From contig OX597831.1 in the NCBI GenBank assembly GCA_951406725.2, positions 17,918,001 to 17,982,000 of the forward strand: a stretch of 64,000 bases of DNA, read 5' to 3'. The position numbers and the translations under genes are program-made. Under the pieces are notes generated by a model. The model was not told where the DNA came from. It searched no databases and worked only from the letters and a program-made list of their open reading frames with translations. Below are positions 56,263 to 64,000 of this stretch, one piece after another (position 1 is the stretch's first letter; each line of letters begins with the position of its first letter). Source of the stretch: Octopus vulgaris (lineage: Eukaryota).

Positions 56263-56714
56263 GTTGCTCCTTTCTATCAGTGTCATCATGTAGAAGTCAT
56301 CTGGAGATAGCGTAATTTCAAAAATAGGCATATCTACATATAATGTATGATGTAACACATGTTTGGTCCAAAATATATTTTTCTATCGAATAGTGATATA
56401 TTTGACAATGATTATTGTATAAGAGACAATCTGAGAATAAATGTACATATATTTTGGCTTATTCCCTACTGGTTAATATTCAGAATCGGCGCGTCAAGGC
56501 TGTTACATTTTCGATACAACTGTGTTTGGATACAACTTATGTTCAATATTACTGTGAGTGTTTGTTTAAAGAGAAAAAGACCACAAGAGAATTGGTTAGT
56601 CTTGGTAATGAAATACCTGATAACATATCGGTACACTCGTGACGTAATTATATGTGTGCGTGTGTGTGTGTCTACATATGTACATACATATACGTATATA
56701 TATATATATGTACC

Positions 56715-56754
<40 letters not shown>

Positions 56755-56779
56755 TAAGCAACAAGGATATACAGAGGTA

Positions 56780-56869
56780 ATGCACTACGATCGTTTCATG
56801 CGAATCCATTTAATTGAACAATGCAAATATTACATCAATTTTAAAATGTAAATCAATCTTCAGCTGCAT
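56780..56869 (-). ncRNA. Degenerate hammerhead motif
   Basis: atgcag-CTGAAGA...GAAA-cgatcg-TA-gtgcat; stem II poorly paired. Confidence 0.45.
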
Positions 56870-56949
56870 AAAAATATAGAATTTTGTGAAATTCTTATCT
56901 GTATAATTTTTTATCCAAAATTATAAAGAGGATAAGGAAATAGACACAG

Positions 56950-57665
56950 AAAGTGTTTTGTCAACAACATCACAGTTGTAATGCAGCAGAAAGACTAGTT
57001 TAGTCTGGGTGCCGGTATTTTTCATTTCCCCAAACACTATCTTCGGCGCTTGGCATTTTAAAAGAGAACTCACTTCTCGTCATCAGTCACTATTCGGTCG
57101 CAAAATGTTCATTCGCTCACTACGCGCAAAGTTTATAAGTAATAAATTGACACAATTTTCTGAAATTTCGGATGGTACGCAGGTGTCGGAGAATGGTTGA
57201 ATGACGAAATCCAAGCTTCTCTGCTAGTTTCTCAACAGCTGCGATGGGAATTTATTTCACCAGTTCTTGCAAGACGTCCTCGTCGAGCTCTGGATATATT
57301 CCAGGATGAAGATCATTTCTAGGGTGTAGTTTCCTGCACGGAATTTCTGGAATCAGCGTTGACTCTGCCTTTTCCGATCTCCATGTACTAAATTAACATT
57401 CTTTGCACTTTATTTTGTGCTGTTGCCTTTATTGAACTGAAAAAGAAAAATTTGCCGACCATACTACTTTCTCACTTCCATTATAGCTTTGCAAACATAA
57501 CTGGTAGAATTGAACTGCACTCTTCAAAAGTTGCTCTAAGAATAAGGACAATGTAAAATTACTAGATGGTTATATAGCAAGTTGATACAAGTAGTTTATC
57601 CCGTACCCATCTGACTTTTACTTTCTGAAAAGGAAAACCGTATTATTTATGGGATAACCTTATAC
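56950..57665 (-). mobile_element. Degraded mariner 5' part
   Basis: TIR-like ccgtattatttatgggataacctta; decayed HTH-region coding. Confidence 0.5.
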
Positions 57666-57890
57666 AATACAAACATCGATGTATAAAATTCGGATGTTTC
57701 GTTCTTCTTGCGTTTATGGCAAACAACTGAAGAACATCAAAGCAATATCCAGAGGAACACACATAAATCATTGTTGCAAATTATTTTTTTATTTAGTTAT
57801 GCATAGCCAGAAGTGCTCTAAGAACAATAGCTGACTGAAAGTTTATCCGTAAAAAGAGTAGAAATAAGTCAGATATGAATTATATGCCAG

Positions 57891-57974
<84 letters not shown>

Positions 57975-58211
57975 TAAAGTTAATCCAAACATGAAAACAA
58001 AAAAAGAAAACACAACAAAGCAAGGACGTGTAAGAAATATAGTATTTCAGGAAAGAAAGACAGAAAGAAAGAAAGAAGGAGGGTTTAACATTTCGAAGGG
58101 ACCACTTCGTCAGAAACATAGGAAAAGGGAAGATCCAAAGAAGGGAAGACGGAGAGAAAAAATTGCCAACGCTACACACGCGGTCCTATATTGAATGCAT
58201 ATATATATATA

Positions 58212-58981
<770 letters not shown>

Positions 58982-59385
58982 TTCAGCAAAATTTAAATTC
59001 AGATGGATATGGTATTTAAGTTAAAGGCACCAGAGGTTTGTATGGCATTATCCATACAAATCAAATTGGGTGATTATAATCAAAGTAAGCAACAAGGATA
59101 TCCAAGGCGGTGTACTGCACTACCTTGGATATCCTCAGAAGCTATTTTAAGGAGCGTGTATACAAGTCAGTATGCGTTCCTTTTTTGATAAACCCGCAGG
59201 TATTAATATACCACGTCGGGTCCAATTAATCGTATACAGAGAGTAAATAATTTTCAGGCTCTACTTCCATAACTCCGTATGTGTTCATCTATCTTAACTT
59301 GTGTATGCATTTCAATTTTGATATGCATTTATATATATATACGTATATGCATATGTATATTTATATATATACATATATGTATGTA

Positions 59386-59417
<32 letters not shown>

Positions 59418-59789
59418 CGTATATGCATATGTATATTTTCGCAAAAAACAGCAATTTGAGTGAGAGCTTTGTTAAATACATCGACCCACATGCTCAACTT
59501 GTTCTTATTTTATCGAACTCGAAAGAATGAAAGGCAAAGTAAACATTGATGGAAAGTGAACTTAGAATTCAAAGGAGGTCGATATCACGCTAACTTTTAT
59601 GTTCGCTGTCTGTTTTAGTTGATATTATAATCATTTTTGCAGTGTTATGTAAGTATAATGCAATTAGTAATGGATTTATATTATTGTAGTAATCTACATG
59701 TTCCCAGTAATATCAGACCGTGAATTAATCATAGAAGAATAATGAAACGGCATTTCAGTGGTTGTACGACTAGCTCGTGTCAGTTCTGT

Positions 59790-59930
59790 CTCGTCAAATC
59801 ACTGTCAAGTCTTTGGTTGACACAAGGCTATATCAGAAAGTATTTGGTCACGGTACCACGCGGTGGGATTGAGCCTGGAACCATGTAGTTGGGAAGCAAG
59901 CTCCTTACAACATAGCCACGCCTGCGCCTG
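59790..59930 (-). mobile_element. Old SINE head (further relics ~3590-3760, ~59480-59600, ~60590-60920)
   Basis: Diverged reverse complement of the 32476 family. Confidence 0.7.
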
Positions 59931-60110
59931 TATAGATAAGCATATTATTAATAAATCTATATTATTGAAGTATAATAGGAATTCAATTTTGGTTACATCG
60001 TCTGCTCAGTATGTAGATAATGCAATCAATCGGAAATAGCATCAAAGGTAATTCAGTAATTATTGATTCAATAGGTAACTTGAAATTACCTACCTCATCT
60101 TTGTTACAAA

Positions 60111-60123
60111 TACTTACAATGAA
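60111..60123 (-). promoter_or_regulatory. Gene B probable 5'UTR exon donor (possibly a 6-nt exon 60118-60123)
   Basis: ctttcatttcag|TTCATT|gtaagta. Donor conserved in gene A; the AG is not. Confidence 0.45.
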
Positions 60124-61519
60124 CTGAAATGAAAGTGTGATCAGCGTGAAAGTGAAAAGTTTGCAAATAACATTCTTATGTATCTACATAAAACAAAAAT
60201 CATGTCAAGATTGAATTTTTTTTTCCCGTTTCTGCCATAATCATTTGTTATTCAAGAGAAAATTCATTAACAGTTAGTCGATGAATTATATTTAATACAA
60301 TCAATAAAACTCATTTACTCAATGTGATGCGTTCCATCCAATAAAGTGAGAGTATGCAAAGACTACAAATAAATTTAGTGTTTACACATAAATGACATCA
60401 TTAATAATTTTGTAGACTCTGCAACATAGAATAAAAATCTAGCTTCAGAATGTTTTTTAAAATATCAGAATTGAAAACATTTTTCTCTTATGAAGTGTAT
60501 TCGCGTTTGAAGATGTAATATCTAAGCGGAAAATTTGCTTTTCATGCATCTAACGTTTGTCTTGTATCCATTATCTTGTGTTGGTCATTAGAATGCGGCC
60601 ATGATAGGGCACCACCTCCAGAAACTTTTTACAAACTTGATTTATGTGTTTAGCCTGGTTATTAATCTATCATGTACTTTGACGTACACCTAGGTTACGG
60701 GCACTTAAATACTCGGGTTTTAGTGAGAATAAACACAGACACGCAGAGACAAAAACAAACACACAGACACACGCACACACACATAGCTTCGCTCAGTTTC
60801 CATCTTTAAAATTCTCTCAAAAGTGGTTGCCCGGCCGCTGTTAGAGTCGAAATCAATTGCACAAGGTGTCACGCAGTAAGAGGGAACCCGGAATTATCTG
60901 GTGAGAAAGCATATTTATAATCTTCGTAAACTGTGTCAGAGACGTAAGTATTTAATAATGAATTTCGAATCATTTCTTTCGACTGGAAAGATTCTATGGT
61001 ACAAACATGTTGTTATTTGAGACATTGTAACTGAAACTTCATATTAGACATTGAGGCCATATAGAAAACTATTAGTAAGGGTTCGAAAGAAGCATTAGGC
61101 AGTGCATTTTCTAAAATGTATCAATAGATTTTCACAGATGCTATGCATTTTTATGACCACCTGCTGGCAAACGAATGTTTTTCTTTGAATAATCGAAGAA
61201 CTATTTGTAGTAAAGACAATATTGCAAACGACAGAGCAATGATGTTACAATTTTCACTTACCCTACTCTCTACCCATTAAAGATCTAAATACATTTACTA
61301 CGGTGAGATGCATTAATAAATATTCCATATCTAATCTAAATTCCCAGAGTAGATAGTCTGTGCTACAGCAACAAATGAAGCAAATAAGTGAATATATATT
61401 CTGTTTGGTAGGTATTAAAAAGATAGACAGGTAAGATCGATAGATAGATATGTAGATATATAGGTATATAACAGGTAGATAGATAGATAACTACATAGAT
61501 ACATACATATATAGATAGG

Positions 61520-62685
61520 GTATAATTATCAAAAGAAAAACAGGATGCAAAGGAGTTATCGGTACATATGTTTCTGGCTTTATTGGACAGTTTATATCAA
61601 TGCATAATTGATGTAATATGTATGGCAATAGCCTTCTTCAGCCGCGCATAATTACCACACCAAGGACATGTATTACATTATAAGTTTGGCAGAGGTGTTT
61701 ATGTGTACATGTGTATATGTATTTAGTTATGTGCGGGTTTGTGTATCTGTGCGTAGCGGTATGTATGTATATGTGTATCCCCGTCGGTACTTTCACACAG
61801 GTGTATGTATGTATATAAGTGTGCGTGTGTATGTATATGCGTGCATGCATGTGTGTATATGTTGACTGATAATAATATGGTCCCAGACATTTTTTATGAG
61901 AAAGCAGATAAACTATTTAACCACACACCAACATGGAGCAGACAACTTATACTGACCATACACTTGCTCTCCAGATAATTATATCTTGATTTATGACACC
62001 CACCAATACATCCCAAAGCTTCACTAACCGGCATATATTTTTTTCTGTATCTTACTTTATCTTTATGTTCACATTTTTATTACTTTACCCCTTTATACTT
62101 TATTTTTATCTTTTATTCTTATTATTCGTTTTTATATTTTCGCTTCTTTATCTTTTTTCATTTATTATTCCATATTTTTTCACGTCTACACTGTCACAGT
62201 ATAACTCTGGAAATTTCGACTAAACATACGACACCCTTTGTATATTTATATAATTATATACTTTTTATATTTTTTCATATTTTTTTTTTTTTTACTCTTT
62301 TATTACATTTTGCACCTACTACTTTCCCTCTTTGTGATCCCAAACTCATTAAAGATTCACCCCCCTCCAACTCCTTCCCTTTTTATCTCAACATCCAACC
62401 TCCTCATTCTATATCGAGTGAAAAACGGTATACACGCTTTGTTTTTGTTTTGGTGTCTCGCTCTGCTGTATACAACTATGAAGATTCGCATCCCCAACGA
62501 AACTCGTCTTTTTCCCAAACTTATAATGTAATACATGTCCTTGGTGTGGTAATTGTGCGTGGCTGAAGAAGGCTATTGACATACATATTACATCAATTAT
62601 GCATTGATATAAACTGTCCAATAAAGCCAGAAATATATGTACCACTAAATCCTTTGCATAATGTTTTTCTTTTGATAAATATACC
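61520..62685. mobile_element. PLE-like relic with ~165-bp inverted repeats, each carrying a hammerhead motif (61560-61643 minus, 62558-62644 plus)
   Basis: cgg-CTGAAGA-aggct...agcca-GAAA-catatg-TA-ccg and gtgg-CTGAAGA...GAAA-tatatg-TA-ccac. Confidence 0.7.
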
Positions 62686-63174
62686 CCATCACCTACACCA
62701 CTAACTTGCATATACAGGTGCTTACAGTTATCAAGTATTCACCCTGAATTTTTTGTACCCAACTTACATATATAGATAGATAGGTAAGAAGGCAGGTACA
62801 TAGGGATATAGATATGTACACAGATAGATTCATATGTAGATATATATAGAGATGGATTGATAGACCTATAGATGCATAGATAGAGAAAGATAGGCAGATA
62901 TATATGTAAATGTGTATATAGAGGTTTGACCAAAGTCACTTGATACAAAATCGAAAACATTTCATTCCAAGATCCAAAGCAACAAAAAAAAATAAATTAT
63001 TAGTGTTCGCTAATAAATCGAGAAATTTTGAAAACAAAACCCAGATCATTTAATTATTAAGTATTTCTAATTGGAATGAATAAATACAATTGAATTTAAA
63101 GTATTTATGAAATTTAGTTTTGTTGCCGGGGGAATTATGGCCCACCCAATATATATATATATATATATATATTT

Positions 63175-64000
63175 ACAGTGTGCGATAGATGTTTGAAGGA
63201 AAATCTATGTTAATAAATAAACAGATACATAACAGATAATAATTTTATTTATCAAACACTATTATGAGAATAAAAATAATCCTTCGTTTCTATAATATTA
63301 TTCAATAAAGCCACCTTTAGCTTCAACAACTGCTTCTATACGAGATGTAAATCATCCAGATGTTCGAATCATGTGGTCCTCGTTCATTTTGGACGTTGCA
63401 GGTTTCAAAGAATTTTGGGTGTAATGGGCATGTTCATTGACGTGTCTCTCAACAACGCTCCACATATAAAGACCCAATGAATTAAGATCTGGGGATGTAG
63501 GAGTTATTATTAGGGGTTATGTGATCATGAAAATTTTCCGCCATCCATTCAGGTGTTACTAGACCCTGTGTGATAGTGCAGATCCTTACTGAAACACATA
63601 TAGCCTTTCATTGCATACACTGTCTATCCAGGACTTAGCAAGCATTTCGAGGACCTTAAAGTAGGCAACAGAGTTAAGTGTATGGCCTTGTGAATAGATG
63701 TAAGGAAGCATCACATATCCTTCATTGCTGTCAACTCTAAATCCATGAGAGTTGCTGAACGTTTTGTAGACGTAAGAATCTCAGGAGGGTCTGCACGTTA
63801 CCATCTGTTATTTCTTCTGTTAAATGTTTTTATGTTAGTTGGAGTTTTTCTCGTTTACGAAAAACCAAATTAAATATGCTGCATTTTTCAGTTTGTTTAA
63901 CAGCAATTTGAAGCTGATGGATTGATTTTCTCATGTCGTTTTAGACAAATTGACATTTCCTCATCATATAAGGTTTAGATCTGATGTCTTCGTGGAAAAC
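63175..64000 (-). mobile_element. maT/Tc1-mariner-like relic, truncated by the window end
   Basis: Minus-strand fragments (VMLPYI, SPDLNSLGLYMWSVVE) similar to the 29450-30625 family. Confidence 0.6.

Noticed and set aside
61262-61284. 23-nt exon candidate with a strong donor
   Set aside because: Stops in all three frames and donor not evident in gene A; at most a UTR exon.

Overview
AT-rich, microsatellite- and transposon-dense animal genomic DNA, most likely octopus (inferred from the SINE, RTE, Dong/R4 and Penelope repertoire and long (TA)n/(TAA)n runs). Nearly all ORF-track entries are repeat artefacts or decayed transposon pieces. The main result, largely invisible in the ORF track, is a head-to-tail pair of minus-strand paralogous genes: gene A (<1 to ~21.1 kb, running off the left edge) and gene B (~32.0 to ~60.1 kb). 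Each has a 40-nt signal-peptide coding segment, a 106-nt Cys exon and then 18-27 nt micro-exons. They encode small secreted proteins with a shared W-x2-C-x7-C-x2-E-x-T-x-YL-x5-C-x2-AH-x-C scaffold that I do not recognise. By hand count the coding exon is more diverged (about 57% nt) than a sampled intron block (about 76%). The 3' exon phases are not resolved. Also present: a 2.0-kb ORF1-only retroelement with an intact 376-aa ORF and 16-bp TSD inside a SINE, several Penelope-type hammerhead ribozyme motifs, a same-strand array of Dong/R4 elements in TAA repeats, a near full-length RTE, a young CR1 fragment, Helitrons and Tc1/mariner relics. All calls are by eye; no database search was run and transposon boundaries are approximate.
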